Positions 39,816-53,470 of a DNA stretch of 64,000 nucleotides are shown piece by piece. Position 1 is the stretch's first letter, and the number at the start of each line of letters is the position of its first letter. Origin of the DNA: Macrostomum lignano (taxonomy: Eukaryota); NCBI GenBank assembly GCA_002269645.1, contig NIVC01000857.1, forward strand, positions 62,001 to 126,000. Reading direction: 5' to 3'. A model generated the notes under the pieces. It had not been told where the DNA came from and did not search any database. It saw nothing but the letters and a program-made list of their open reading frames with translations. Both the position numbers and the translations under genes were made by a program.

Positions 39816-41930
39816 GGCGGCAGCGGCGGCAGCGGCGGCAGCAATGGCTTTGTTTCGCTTTCGGTCACCAGCCAAACTCAGAGGCCGGCTTCCCGGGCTC
39901 GTATCCGCCAGCTTCAGCTCCCCCTACCAGCCCTACTTCCCGCCAGCCGCAGCGGCCGCCGAATACGCCAGGAACCCGCTGGGGATTCACCCGTCACTGT
40001 TCCGCATGAACCCGCAGCACCAGCACCACCAGCACCACCAGCACTATCCAGGACACCTGGTTGGACGCCTGCCTGCACCAGTTTAAGGCTCGGGCCAGGA
40101 ACGCCTCGGGTGAGAATTTCGTAGCTTGATCTCATGGTGTGATCTCAATGGTGTGATCTCATAGTGTGATCTCTTATTGTGATCTCATAGTGTGATCTCA
40201 TAGTGTGATCTCATAGTGTGATCTCATAGTGTGATCTCATAGTGTGATCTCATAGTGTGATCTCATAGTGTGATCTCATTGTGTGATCTCATAGTGTGAT
40301 CTCTCAGAGTGATCTCATAGTGTGATCTCATAGTGTGATCTCATAGTATGATCTCATAGTGTGATCTCATAGTGTGATCTCATAATGTGATCTCATAGTG
40401 TGATCTTATAGTGTGATTCATAGTGTGATCTCATAGTGTGATCTCATAATGTGATCTCATAGTGTGATCTCATATTGTGATCGCATCTTAGAGCGCAATC
40501 TCTTCCCATTGAATCCCATAGAGTGATCCCATGGACCAGCGATCCTATTGCATAATATTACAGTATGTGTCCCGTGCCATCATCCTTCAGCACTCACTGC
40601 CGCACAACCCCACAGAGAGTCGCGAGTGCGTGAACTGCGGTGCCACGGCCACCCCACTGTGGCGCCGGACGGACAGGTGGCCACTACCTGTGCAACGCAT
40701 GCGGCCTGTACCATAAGATGAACGGGCAGAGCCGGCCGCTCATCAAGCCAAAACGGCGCATGGTGAGCAGGGGCTCGAATCTTTTCGATCACTCCCGATC
40801 CGTCACTCACAATCCGTCACTCACAATCCGTCACTCACAATCCGTCACTCACAATCCGTCACTCACAATCCGTCACTCACAATCCGTCACTCACAATCCG
40901 TCACTCACAATCCGTCACTCACAATCCGTCACTCACAATCCGTCACTCACAATCCGTCACTCACAGTCCGTCACTCACAATCCGTCACTCACAGTCCGTC
41001 ACTCACAGTCCGTCACTCACAGTCCGTCACTCACAGTCCGTCACTCACAATCCGTCACTCACAGTCGGTCACTCACAATCCGTCACTCTTAGTCCGTCAC
41101 TCACAGTCCGTCACTCACAATCCGTCACTCACAGTCTGTCACTCACAATCCGTCACTCACAATCCGTCACTCACAGTCCGTCACTCACAATCCGTCACTC
41201 ACAATCCGTCACTCACAGTCCGTCACTCACAGTCCGTCACTCACAGTCCGTCACTCACAGTCCGTCACTCACAATCCGTCACTCACAGTCTGTCACTCAC
41301 AGTCCGTCACTCACAATCCGTCACTCACAGTCCGTCACTCCTACCCACACGCAGTCGGCGCAGCGCCGCGCCGGCACGACCTGCTCGAACTGCGCCACCA
41401 CGCAGACGACTTTGTGGCGCCGCAACCACAAGGGCGAGTCGGTGTGCAACGCCTGCGGCCTGTACTTCAAGCTGCACCAGGTGGACCGGCCCATCAGCAT
41501 GAAGAAGGACTCAATCCAGTCGCGCAACCGCAAGAGCTCCATCAAGAGCAAGAAGAAGAAGGAGCTGGACGCGATGAGCGACCTGATGCGCAGCGCCATG
41601 CACAGCTTCCAGTTCCGGCGGCGAACTACTTCGGTGGAGGCGCCGGCAGTGGCGCTAGCGCCGGCACCGTCAGCGGCTTGGAGAGCGCCGCTCCGGGAAG
41701 CCACTTTAGTCACGTGACTTCGGGGCTGCCTGCGCTGCCACCGCCGCCGCCACCGCAGCACCAGCAGCAGCAGCCGCCGCCTCCACCTCCGCCACCACCG
41801 CCCCGCAGCAGCCGCAGCAACAGCCGCCGCCGCCGCCGCCGCCGCGGTACCCGGCATCCACAGCAGGGATTCTGGGAGGCGCCTTCGTCAGCGGCGACCT
41901 CCTTTCGGGCCTGCTGTGAAGCCCGACTGA
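39816..41930 (+). CDS. GATA1/2/3: GATA1/2/3 factor, right copy, 5'-partial, two C4 zinc fingers; several small indels
   Basis: Exons <39816-40109 (..[10 protein letters not shown]|GTGAGA), 40616-40762 ([45 protein letters not shown]|GTGAGC) and 41355-41930 ([41 protein letters not shown]). [17 protein letters not shown] and RRAGT indicate the 1/2/3 class rather than 4/5/6. Frame breaks near 40060, 40670 and 41615-41640. Confidence 0.9.
40130..40482. repeat. 13-bp minisatellite (ATAGTGTGATCTC), about 27 copies, GATA intron; single copy in the window
   Basis: Direct read; has no mirror in the left arm. Confidence 0.95.
40795..41340. repeat. 14-bp minisatellite (CCGTCACTCACA(A/G)T), about 39 copies, intron between the two GATA fingers
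   Basis: Direct read. Confidence 0.95.
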
Positions 41931-43691
41931 TAATTGTGCAAATATTTACTACTTGAACTGACTACTGCAAGTAGGGACGGTGGCGCAGTTGTGGATAACA
42001 AAAAAGCATAAAAATGGAGTCTTGATGTTCACACAGCATGCACACGTCAAGCGCACATTTAATTTTCTTTTTTTACGTTTACACTGCGTACTTTTGATGC
42101 TTTCTTGCAATGTGTACTGAGTTTTAATTTTACAGTATTTATTTACTTGTTATTTAATATGAGCAGTGTAAAACTTATACTTGAGTGTGAGTGTTGTTTG
42201 TGCGGGCTAATATATATGAAACAATTTGTGTATCTTTGGGAATTTTATTGCCAGCTCCTGGGAGTGCCGACTGACTGGGTTTATTTTAGTTGAAAATTTC
42301 ACTCAACTGCTTTGTGTCAGAGAATGTGTTAGAGATATAATTCGTTAGACAAGGGATGTGTTAGGCAGATAATGTGTTAGACAGAGACTGTGTTAGGCAG
42401 ATAATGTGTTAGACAGAGAATGTGTTATAGAGAGATACTATGTTAGACAAATCATGTGTTAGACAGGGAATGTGTTAGAGATATAATTCGTTAGACAAGG
42501 GATGTGTTAGGCAGATAATGTGTTAGACAGAGACTGTGTTAGGCAGATAATGTGTTAGACAGAGAATGTGTTATAGAGAGATACTATGTTAGACAAATCA
42601 TGTGTTAGACAGGGAATGTGTTAGAGATATAATTCGTTAGACAAGGGATGTGTTAGGCAGATAATGTGTTAGACAGAGACTGTGTTAGGCAGATAATGTG
42701 TTAGACAGAGAATGTGTTATAGAGAGATACTATGTTAGACAAATCATGTGTTAGACAGGGAATGTGTTAGAGATATAATTCGTTAGACAAGGGATGTGTT
42801 AGGCAGATAATGTGTTAGACAGAGAATGTGTTATAGAGAGATACTGTGTTAGACAAATCATGTGTTAGACAGGGAATGTGTTAGAGAGATAATTCGTTAG
42901 ACAGGGAATGTGTTAGACAGAGACTGTGTTAAGACAAATAATGTGTTAGACAGATAATGTGTTAGAGAGATACTGTGTTAGACAAATCATGTGTTAGACA
43001 GGGAATGTGTTAGAGAGATAATTCGTTAGACAGGGAATGTGTTAGACAGAGACTGTGTTAAGACAAATAATGTGTTAGACAGATAATGTGTTAGAGAGAT
43101 AATGTGTTAGACAAATCATGTGTTGGACAGAGAATGTGCTAGACAGAGAATGTGCTAGACAGAGCATTCTCCGATACAAAGCTTAGAAAGAATTAGGAAA
43201 ATACGCTTTTATTCTACTTTAAGTAGGCCAATACGGACAAATTTAGAAAGGAAAAATGACTACAGGAAAAATGCATCATTGGATTCAGTTGGCTTATCGC
43301 TGAACAGGCGGCCTCTTGCAGAAGAAGAATACAGATATTCCAGCGTATATTTTGCAGACTTTGCTACACACTAAATGTATAGAGAGCTGCATATCTGAGA
43401 GAAACCCCAGTAGTATCTTAGCATTGCAGAGCGCGTTTTACAGCTGAGGAAACGAGAGTCCGGCGGTGAAAGTTCAACAAGTGGCTACAGGCAAGAACAT
43501 CAACAGGCGACTAAAAGAAGTTTGAAAAACAAGAACAACAACAAAAAGTGACGACAAAAAAGCAGAAATTGACAGGCTGAGGGAGGGCGGAGAGGCTGAT
43601 TGCAAACACTGGGACTAGGTAGACAGAAAAGTGCGGAGTGGACAAGCAGCGGCAGAGGCAACATCGCGCAGTGGCAGTCAGGCAGGTTGGG

Positions 43692-46600
43692 TCAGCAGTG
43701 GCCTTCGTTTGCGACAGCGGCAGGTGCTGAGGGGTAATAGTACTGCGGGTCTGCGGGAGGATCGGGCTTGATTTAATTTCATTCGAATTTGCGATGCTTG
43801 CCTACTGATAGTAGGCTGTCGTGAAAGTGGCGTTTTGGGTGCTTTGTTAAATAAAATAATGAGATTTTAAAATGAATTAAAGCTCCCTATATCGATAACT
43901 TCTGAATTTTCTTAGAAACCCCCGGATGAATCTCCAACCTGAAGTTTCCGGAACCCCTGGATGAATCCCCAACCTGAAGTTTCCGGAACCTCTGGATGAA
44001 TCCCCAAACTGAAGTTTCCGGAACCCCGGATGAATCCCCAACCTGAAGTTTCCGGAACCCCGGATGAATCCCCAACCTGAAGTTTCCGGAACCCCGGATG
44101 AATCTCCCGTATGAATCCCAGTTGAAACAATGTCCTAAAGCCCCGTGGGATCCCGACAAACCAACCCCCTGAACCTGGCGAGGCTCCCTCAGCACTCACT
44201 CATCCTGGTGTGCGCGCCGTAGGCGGACTGCAGAAACCAGGAGGAGGCGGCGGTGGCATCTTGGTGAGCGCCGTAGTGCTGGCTGGCGTAGTGCTGGCTG
44301 GCGTAGCCTTGATAGGCGGCGGCTGCCGCGTACTCCGCAGCGTAGCTGGCGGCGGCTCCGTACTGGTGCGCTGCCGGCAGTCCGTAATGCGCTCGGAACT
44401 CGTCCAGCTTCGGACTGTCCGACTCCAGATGCAGCGCCGGCTGCTGCGGCGGCTGAGGAGGCGGTGGCTGTTGCTGATGCTGCGGCGGCGGCTGCTGAGG
44501 CGGCTGGTGAGGCTGAAGCGACTGCGGCTCGGTTGCCAAGTGGTTGCTATGGCCGTGATAGCCCCCGGCGTGCCGGATGCCAGCGGAGGCCGGGTAGAAC
44601 TGCGGCTCCTGCGGCGGGATGCCGTAGGCCGCCGCCGCTGCCGCCGCCGCTGCCGCCGCCTGCTGGGCGCTGAGTGCAGGCAGAAGTCCGGGGTTCGAGC
44701 CCGGAATTGGCGACTCCACTTTGATCCGCTTGGACGGTGACAGCCACTGGATTGTGAAAGAGGTTGGAATTTCTATTCAATGAGTCACTCGGCCATGGGA
44801 ATGCTTTGTATTCCTTGGAAACATAAATCAAATATGCTCACCTCTAGGCGATCCGGTGGCGACTGGCGGTGGCACTGCTGCTCCTTGGTGGCGTCTGAAA
44901 TGAATGGAAGGCCGGGTTGCAGGCCCTGGTAAAGATTCTAGCTGGTAAAGATTCTAGCTGGTAAAGATTCTAGCTGGTAAAGATTCTAGCTGGTAAAGAT
45001 TCTAGCTGGTAAAGATTCTAGCTGGTAAAGATTCTAGCTGGTAAAGATTCTAGCTGGTAAAGATTCTAGCTGGTAAAGATTCTAGCTGGTAAAGATTCTA
45101 GCTGGTAAAGATTCTAGCTGGTAAAGATTCTAGCTGGTAAAGATTCTAGCTGGTAAAGATTCTAGCTGGTAAAGATTCTAGCTGGTAAAGATTCTAGCTG
45201 GTAAAGATTCTAGCTGGTAAAGATTCTAGCTGGTAAAGATTCTAGCTGGTAAAGATTCTAGCTGGTAAAGATTCTAGCTGGTAAAGATTCTAGCTGGTAA
45301 AGATTCTAGCTGGTAAAGATTGGAGCTGGTAAATATTCTAGCTGGTAAAGATTCTAGCTGGTAAAGATTCTAGCTGGTAAAGATTCTAGCTGGTAAAGAT
45401 TCTAGCTGGTAAAGATTCTAGCTGGTAAAGATTGGAGCTGGTAAAGATTCTAGCTGGTAAAGATTCTAGCTGGTAAAGATTCTAGCTGGTAAAGATTCGA
45501 GCTGGTAAAGATTCGAGCTGGTAAAGATTCTAGCTGGTAAAGATTCGAGCTGGTAAAGATTCGAGCTGGTAAAGATTCGAGCTGGTAAAGATTCGAGCTG
45601 GTAAAGATTCGAGCTGGTAAAGATTGGAGCTGGTAAAGATTCGAGCTGGTAAAGATTGGAGCTGGTAAAGATTCGAGCTGGTAAAGATTCGAGCTGGTAA
45701 AGATTCGAGCTGGTAAAGATTCGAGCTGGTAAAGATTGGAGCTGGTAAAGATTCGAGCTGGTAAAGATTCGAGCTGGTAAAGATTCGAGCTGGTAAAGAT
45801 TCGAGCTGGTAAAGATTCGAGCTGGTAAAGATTGGAGCTGGTAAAGATTGGAGCTGGTAAAGATTCTACAATAGCTGGTAAAGATTCGAGCTGGTAAAGA
45901 TTCGAGCTGGTAAAGTTTCGAGCTGGTAAAGATTCGAGCTGGTAAAGATTCGAGCTGGTAAAGATTCGAGCTGGTAAAGATTCGAGCTGGTAAAGATTCG
46001 AGCTGGTAAAGATTCGAGCTGGTAAAGATTCGAGCTGGTAAAGATTCGAGCTGGTAAAGATTCGAGCTGGTAATGATTGGAGCTGGTAAAGATTCGAGCT
46101 GGTAATGATTGGAGCTGGTAAAGATGCGAGCTGGTAAAGATTCGAGCTGGTAAAGATTCTAGCTGGTAAAGATTCGAGCTGGTAAAGATTCGAGCTGGTA
46201 AAGATTCGAGCTGGTAAAGATTCTAGCTGGTAAAGATTCGAGCTGGTAAAGATTGGAGCTGGTAAATATTCGAGCTGGTAAAGATTCGAGCTGGTAAAGT
46301 TTCGAGCTGGTAAAGATTCGAGCTGGTAAAGATTCGAGCTGGTAAAGATTCGAGCTGGTAAAGATTCGAGCTGGTAAAGATTCGAGCTGGTAAAGATTCG
46401 AGCTGGTAAAGATTCGAGCTGGTAAAGATTCGAGCTGGTAAAGTTTCGAGCTGGTAAAGATTCGAGCTGGTAAAGATTCGAGCTGGTAAAGATTCGAGCT
46501 GGTAAAGATTGGAGCTGGTAAAGATTGGAGCTGGTAAAGATTCGAGCTGGTAAAGATTCGAGCTTGAGAAACGCCACAGAAATCAAAGCAGCTCACCCGG

Positions 46601-46760
46601 GTCATTCAAGTGCTGCATCTGCATGTGTCGGCGTTTCCTCTGCTGCTGTTGCTGCTGCTGCTGCAGGCTGTTCTGATTCTCATCCGACAGGGCGCCGTTG
46701 CTGACGGAAGAGCTTCCCGGCGAAGAGTCACCGGCCAGCAGCAGCTGCTGGTGCTGACTC

Positions 46761-46796
<36 letters not shown>

Positions 46797-49700
46797 TGCT
46801 GTTGCTGTTGCTGCTGCTGGCCGTCTTTGGCAGTGGCCGCGGAGTTCAGACCGCCCAGCAGCCCCTTGATGGTGTAGGCCGCGTGGCTCGACAGCAGCAA
46901 GCCCTGATGGGAGCCGGCGCTGCTGCTGGCGGCCTGCTGAGGTGGCGGCTGCTGCTGCTGCTCCCGCCCATCGCAGCTGGGCGCGCGGCCCTCGTCCTCG
47001 TCATCTCCGGACTGGCCGCCCCGCTCGGCCGCCTTGTTCCGCACGATGCGGTTGATGGAGGACACGGAGGGCACGGTGTCCTGCGAGCAGACGCCCTCGG
47101 ACAGCAGCATGTCGCGGATCTCCCAGGCGAACATGGTGGGATTGTCGGCCTTGTACTTGCAGATGGCGTCCACCACCGAGGGGGTGGCCACCTTCGGCTT
47201 GGAGCCGCCGATGACGCCAGGCCGGATGCTGCCGGTCTCGTAGAACCGGCCGAGAATCTTCGACACGCAGCCGTGGCTGACGCGGAGCCGCCGGCTGATG
47301 TCGCAGGGCCGGACGCCGCGCTGCGCCAGTTCGACAATCTGGTTGCGGGTGAAGTCAGGCAGCGGGCGGCCGTTCACGAAGGCTCCGCCCAGCTGGTTGA
47401 TGCCGCCGTGGCCTGCGGGGTCGAACAAGAGTGGCGTTGGGGTCACCAATGAAGGGGCATGGAAGTTATTCTTGCTTATAAGGCTATTGGAAGCGCCATT
47501 AGAAGCGCCACTAGAAGCGCCACTAGAAGCGCCATTAGAAGCGCCATTAAAAGCGCCATTACAAGCGCCATTAGAAGCGTCATAAGAAGCGCCATCAGAA
47601 GCGCCACTAGAAGCGCCATTAGAAGCGCCATTAGAAGCGCCAGTGGTAGCTCTTTTGGGAGCGCCATTTGAAGTGATCCCAGGAGCGCCTTTTTAAATAC
47701 CACAGGGAGCGCCACTGGGAGCGCCACTGGGAGCGCCACTTGGAGCGCCACTGAGAGCGCCACTGGGAGCGCCACTGGGAGCGCCACTGAGAGCGCCACT
47801 GAGAGCGCCACTGAGAGCGCCACTGGGAGCGCCACTGAGAGCGCCACTGGGAGCGCCACTGAGAGCGCCACTGGGAGCGCCACTAGGAGCGCCACTGGGA
47901 GCGCCACTAGGAGCGCCACTGGGAGCGCCACTGGGAGCGCCACTGGGAGCGCCACTGGGAGCGCCACTGGGAGCGCTATTCAGATCTCTGAGGGCCATGG
48001 AAGCTCCATGATGCTGCTCACCGATGTTCTTCAGGTACATGCCAAGAAGGTGCAACCGCAGCAGGGACTCCTGCGGGTTTCCGCCTTTGCCGCGGCCGCT
48101 GCCGCCGCTGTCCATCTGCTATGCCGGGCGCGAGTCTGCGAATTCGCACTTGCAAAGCGAGGAAAACCCCAGCCAAGGAGAAGCGAGAGGATCTCAGGCC
48201 TGAGCAATATATGCCGATGCGGCCAGGAAGCTGGGCTGGCGGACGCAATAAAGCCACGCCACGGAAATTCCGTATTTTATACGCCCGGAGCCGTGACCCC
48301 CCCCCAAATCAGCCCCTCTTGATTAGCGAGCGCTATAGGGAGGTCCCGGCATGGACTTAACTGGGTTAGGGACGGCTCTCATTCCAGGAAACGCATGTGC
48401 ATTTGGGGCCGATGGGAGAATGGGGAGCCGGGCCCGGAGTGGCTGCTCAGAGGGTAACGAGACGTAAATCACTTTTCTTGCAACTTGTAACGCAATTAAA
48501 TTAGCGCAATTGGGCAACAAGAAAAGAAGAGTGGATCTGAGAGGCCGCCCCCCCCCCGGCGCGCACAAAGGGACAGCGGCGTGGCGGCGGCTTCTTTGAG
48601 GCTTCGCCGCGGGGGGGGGGGCGGCTGCTGCAGGATGCCGGAGTCGGCGCGATGAAGCACAAGAAGAGGGAGACTGGAGATGAAGCTGCGCGCCTTCTCA
48701 TGAGTGGTGGCCGCTGAGTGAAGTGTTGGTGTTGTTCATTTCCAACCACAGCAGTTCTGGCTGCCCAGCGGCTGAAGTGGCTGACAGGACTGAGTTTCTC
48801 TCACTTTCTCCGCCCCCGTGTCTCTGCGCTTGCGCAAACGAATTTGCATACGCAACTCCCCGCCCCTGACTTCCGCCTGGCTTGGCCCTGCGATTTCAGC
48901 CAGTTAGCCAGTGCAAATTAGCCAGTGCAAAAAATATTGCATTTACAAATAATGAACTTGGCGTGAGAACCCGCCTGCCAGCCCCAATACAAATTCATTA
49001 ATTCTTGCCCTGCTTCCGAAAGTGATCTGCTGCGATCTCACCAGCGCTGGTCAGGATCTGGGACTCCCCGGCTGCAGAGCCGATTAATTATTCAGCGGAA
49101 GAGGCCAAAAACTCCGTAAGACACGCAGAGAGCGCAGCCCGCTCTGCAGCAGTGCCAACATGAGAGCCACCAAGCAATGAACTCAGACAGCACAGCAATA
49201 AAACAATCAAAATCAGAGAAACAGATCTGACAAAGCGAGGCGTCCCAGCCAATTAAGGGAGGTGCCAGCGCCATCAAGGGGGGGGACAAATAAGCGCCGC
49301 GACGGCTCTCAGCAGATGTTTGAATTTTTTTAAGAAAAAACTTTCGGCAATAAAATGGTGAGGGAAAGTCGGTGCTGCATAATTCAGCGATCGGGTGCTC
49401 CGCCAATTTGTCCCAGATCACCTATGAGCATGAAGCAATGAATTTTTACCTATCCCAAGGGAGCCTGGGAGACTGCGGCTTTTTGTTTTGCAGCGAAGCT
49501 GATGAAGCTGAGTCTCAGGTAGCTGGCGGGTTAAGCCATGAAAAATTCAGCGATTGAATTCGCCAGAAACAGCAATGAGAGGCGATCAGTTCCCCAGCCT
49601 TTTGGGAAATCTGCAGCTAGGAAACAAATCAAAGAGCCGGGGCCGTGGATGCGAGGCAGGGCCCTGTGAAATGCTCAGCATCCAGACCAGCACGCGACAC

Positions 49701-50054
49701 CCCCGGGGAGCTGCTCGGAGGAGACTCACCCTTTCCCTTGCCGCCCTTGGCCCGCATGTACACGTCCTCGTAGAACGAGCTGGCCTGGGAGGGCGACGGG
49801 TAGGGGCAGTAGGGCGAGGGCCCCGGGCCCGGCGGGTACAGGCAGGCCCGGTGGTAGCCCATTGAGGTCGCGTGCGACCCGCCGCCGCCGCTGCCACCTC
49901 CGCAACCGCCGCCTGCGCCGCCGCCTACGCCGCCGCCGGCGGCCGCGGCGCTGAGAAACTGGGAGGCGGCGGCGGCCTCGGCAGATCCGGGAAGTTCGGC
50001 GGCTCCCCTGGCCGAGGGAGCGGACCACTGCCACAGGTACTTCAGGCTGTCCAT
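43692..50054 (-). CDS. Pax2/5/8: Pax2/5/8 paired-box transcription factor, right copy, intact reading frame
   Basis: Exons complement(49730-50054, 46597-47412, 44842-44894, 44200-44746, 43692-43750), phases 1/1/0/1. Same paired domain and octapeptide as the left copy; exon 4 is 547 nt and in frame. Confidence 0.93.
44927..46562. repeat. 16-bp minisatellite (GGTAAAGATTCGAGCT), mirror of 33838-35478
   Basis: Direct read. Confidence 0.97.
48022..48115 (-). CDS. Alternative first coding exon 1b of Pax2/5/8 (right)
   Basis: Mirror of 32278-32371 with the same donor. Confidence 0.65.
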
Positions 50055-53000
50055 CTCAGCTGGCCCAACAGAAGCTTAACTTGCAACTTTTATGGTCGAC
50101 AAAATCTTCTGCTTCAGCAGAGTCGCAAGAAGATGCCTCATCGCCCTCTCCGCCTCCTTTTTATTTGCTCTCTCTGCGCCGCTCGCAATTCCCCCGCTCC
50201 AGCAGCCCAGCAAACCGGCGCGCCACCCCAGCCGCCTCCAAGCCTCATCGAAATTCCCTTCATCGCGCCTCGCCAGTGAAAGCGGCGCCCCGCCCGCCCT
50301 CCGCCGCCCCCGTAGCGAGCCAATGATCTGCTTTAGGGGCCTCCGAGCCATTGGCTGCCCGCAGCCTCATCCGGAAGCCCGGAAGCTGGGAGGTTTCGCT
50401 GCTTTAGTTAGGGAAGGGAAAGAGAGACAGGCTGCATTGAAGGGTGGAGGCCTCCAACAGGTTTCTGGCCTCGAGAGCTTCTGTGACACCCCGGGATTAA
50501 ATATTTATGCTTTGAATCCTTTTTAGTGAGGTTTTGCTTCTTTACTTCTGCTCGAGTTCTGTCCTTCACGGCTCTTCTGGTTAATCCTTACCCCCCCCCC
50601 TGACCTGACTGCCTGCTGCCCTGACTCTCTCTGGTCTCCAATGACCTTTTGTAGAAGTGCACTTCTAATTTTGTTCGCTAGTTTAGTTCTCTCCCTGACT
50701 CTCCCATCTCCTCTTTTCTGACTCTCCCATCTCCTCTTCCCTGACTCTCCCATCTCCTCTTGTCTGACTCTCCCATCTCCTCTTGTCTGACTCCCCATCT
50801 CCTCTTGTCTGACTCCCCATCACCTCTTCTCTGACTCTCCCATTTCCCCTTGTCTGACTATTTCCTTATACCCTTGTCTGACTCTCCCTTATCCCTTGTC
50901 TGACTCCCATCTCTCCTCTTGCCTGACTCTCTTCTGGCTCTCCATTTCTCCTCTCATCCACTGATGAGGTAAATAGGGGAAACTAAAGCCTCCCCAAAAC
51001 TGACAGAATTCTCCCCATTGCCAGCCTCGCTCAGATTTCCCACCTCTGCTCTGGTTCGATCCCATCGCCTGACCTGCCAACCCCTCCCCCCCCCCAGTAT
51101 TGATCCCGGAGATCCCGGCGGTTGAAAATCGCGTGACGATGAAGCGCGAGGAAGTGGGAAAATTATCCCGATGAGCCTCACCCATAGAAAGTGAATAAAG
51201 GAAACAAAAAAGCTTTCAAATTCGCTGCAAAGCTGGGCAGGGCTGCTGGTCTGAGTGGTTTTCGGCTCGCGAATTTTCCAATTCCGGAGGTCAAAGCATG
51301 GCGCAGCTTCGCGCAGCTGCATGGGGAACCGCGGGGCAGTCTGGGACCATTCGCCCAACACAGCACCTGGACAGCCCGCGGCCTGCGCCCACCTGACACC
51401 AGGGCAGATCGAACGACATTTATAATCCCTCGAAAATATAAAAAAATCCTAATAGGGAAAGTTCGAGTCCAACCGCATCCCAAGCAGATGGGGCCAGGCA
51501 GTCACTTTCTCCCCGCCGCCGGGATTCTGAGGCCGCCCCCACCAGCTCAGTTCATTAAACGGCTCACTGAGCAGCGGCGGCAGAAATCTGCGAGGCCGTC
51601 GGAGCGCGACAGCCCGGCTGGCTTATCCCGCACCGCCTGGACCCGCCGAATCCCCAGAGGACTTTCTGCTTCCCTTCCAGCCTCTGCGCCCGGACCTGAA
51701 AATGCCGGGCCGCGGGGTCTGCAGGCCGCGCGCCGGATTCTTCCCGCCGCATGGGATAATTGTTCGGCCGATCCCCCGCGACACCTCGCCTCATCTCCCT
51801 CTGCATGCTGTCTCCCATTCTCCCCCCTGAGCAGTCCATAATGCCGCTCTGATTGATGGGGTCCAAATGGGAGGCTGAATGGGAGCCGCGTCATCTGGGC
51901 TGAGAAGCAGTCAGTGCTCTCTGGCCGCATGGAGGGCGCGATTGAAAGACTCTGCTTTCTCTTCGCTTGCATCTGTGTTGGCGGCCGTTTCTCGGCCAGC
52001 GTGCGAGGCTCCGCGGCCGGCTCTCGGGGCTTGGAAATCTCGCACAGGGACTGCCGCAATTAGCAATGCTAATGAGGCCTGCTGGCTGTGTAAGAGAGAG
52101 TGGGGCGCTGGCTGGAAAGCCGAGACCGCCCACCACTCAGCCGAGGCTACCGCGGGGCCCCCAGCAACCCGGCCTCAGCCAGCCACTTTTTTGCTTCCCC
52201 TCTGGACCCACTGATTGGATTTATTCGAATTTCGACACCAAATTTGTAAAACAATTCCGCGGCTGCCGAAAGCTGCACGTGCGGCAACGGTTTCGAATAG
52301 TTTGCCCAACAACCGCGGCTCTTCCCGAATAGCCCGGTAGCCACCGAGGGCGAGATCTCCTTTCCTCCTCCAATGAGACGACACAAATAATTACATGGCG
52401 AGTCACTAACCAGTCAATAGCTCGAATGCAAAAGCCTGCAGTTGGGAGGAATTGATTCTGACATTTCTCCCAAGCCTCACCCCCCCCCCCCGGTTTCCCC
52501 GATTTTCCCAGAGGCTGGGGCGGTCACGCGCCGATGAAGATATCCCAAAAACTGGAAGCTCGCAGAGAAAGTCTTGAGTTCGAATCCCCAGGGAGAAGGG
52601 ATCTGTAATTATAATGCCCCAAATCGAGCTGACAGAGAATCCCAAATTCGCTGCGACTCCCGAGCTCCATCAAGAGAGGAGGAGGCAGCTTCATCAAGCG
52701 GCATTGGGACAGTTGGGTCAGCTGTGCCAGCCAATTCATCACCCCGTGGGCTGGGTGCGGGTGGGAAGTTGGTTGAGCAACAGGGGGAAATGGAGAGCCG
52801 GGAGCAGGCTGGACTCGAGCCCGCAGCCTCAATGGCGCACTCGCGTGATGCCCCATCGAGCTAACAGGATGGGCAAAAAGTGGCGGGATTTCCTCGCCCC
52901 AGCCCCGGAGAGCAGTAAATCACTGCGCTGGGGCGAGTCAGCTGGGGGCTTCCCGTGCAGGTCTCTGCGACCTTCTGTTTGCCCCCCTCACCTGGGCAGC

Positions 53001-53119
53001 CCGCATTCTGGTGGGACTTGTTTGACTTGGGGGGGGGGGCGAGACGAACTCGAGTCGTGCGGCCTTTGATTGTTTGGCGTGCTCGGGGCGGTGAACGGGC
53101 AGAGATTTTCAGGCTCACC

Positions 53120-53470
53120 TCAATTTTGACAGTAATTTACAGGCTTCTACAGCCAATATCAATCTGTTTCATTCTTAATAGTGACAGTAATTTACAGACT
53201 TCTACAGCCAATATCAATCTGTTTCATTCTTAATAGTGACAGTAATTTACAGACTTCTACAGCCAATATCAATCTGTTTCATTCTTGATAGTGACAGTAA
53301 TTTACAGACTACTGCAGCCAATATCGATCTGTCTCATCCTCGATAGTGACAGTAATTTACAGACTACTACAGCCAATATTAATCTATGTCATTCTTGATA
53401 GTGACAGTAATTTACAGACTTCTAGAGTCATTATCGATCCGTCCCAATCTCACAGTTACAGTACTTTACA
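53120..53470. repeat. 55-bp minisatellite, about 6 copies, arm-specific variant of the 26700-27190 array
   Basis: Direct read. Confidence 0.9.

Noticed and set aside
40660-40685. Possible unusual CX2CX18CX2C N-terminal GATA finger (RRDGTGGHYL)
   Set aside because: The segment is 19 nt and out of frame. Adding 2 nt gives X18 and deleting 1 nt gives X17, so spacing cannot be determined from this sequence.
38402-41930. GATA copies (and left Pax exon 4) as true pseudogenes
   Set aside because: The 1-2-nt indels are mostly in homopolymers, cluster toward the gap, and are complementary: at each comparable site one copy is intact. This is typical of long-read consensus error near contig ends. It needs accurate reads to confirm.
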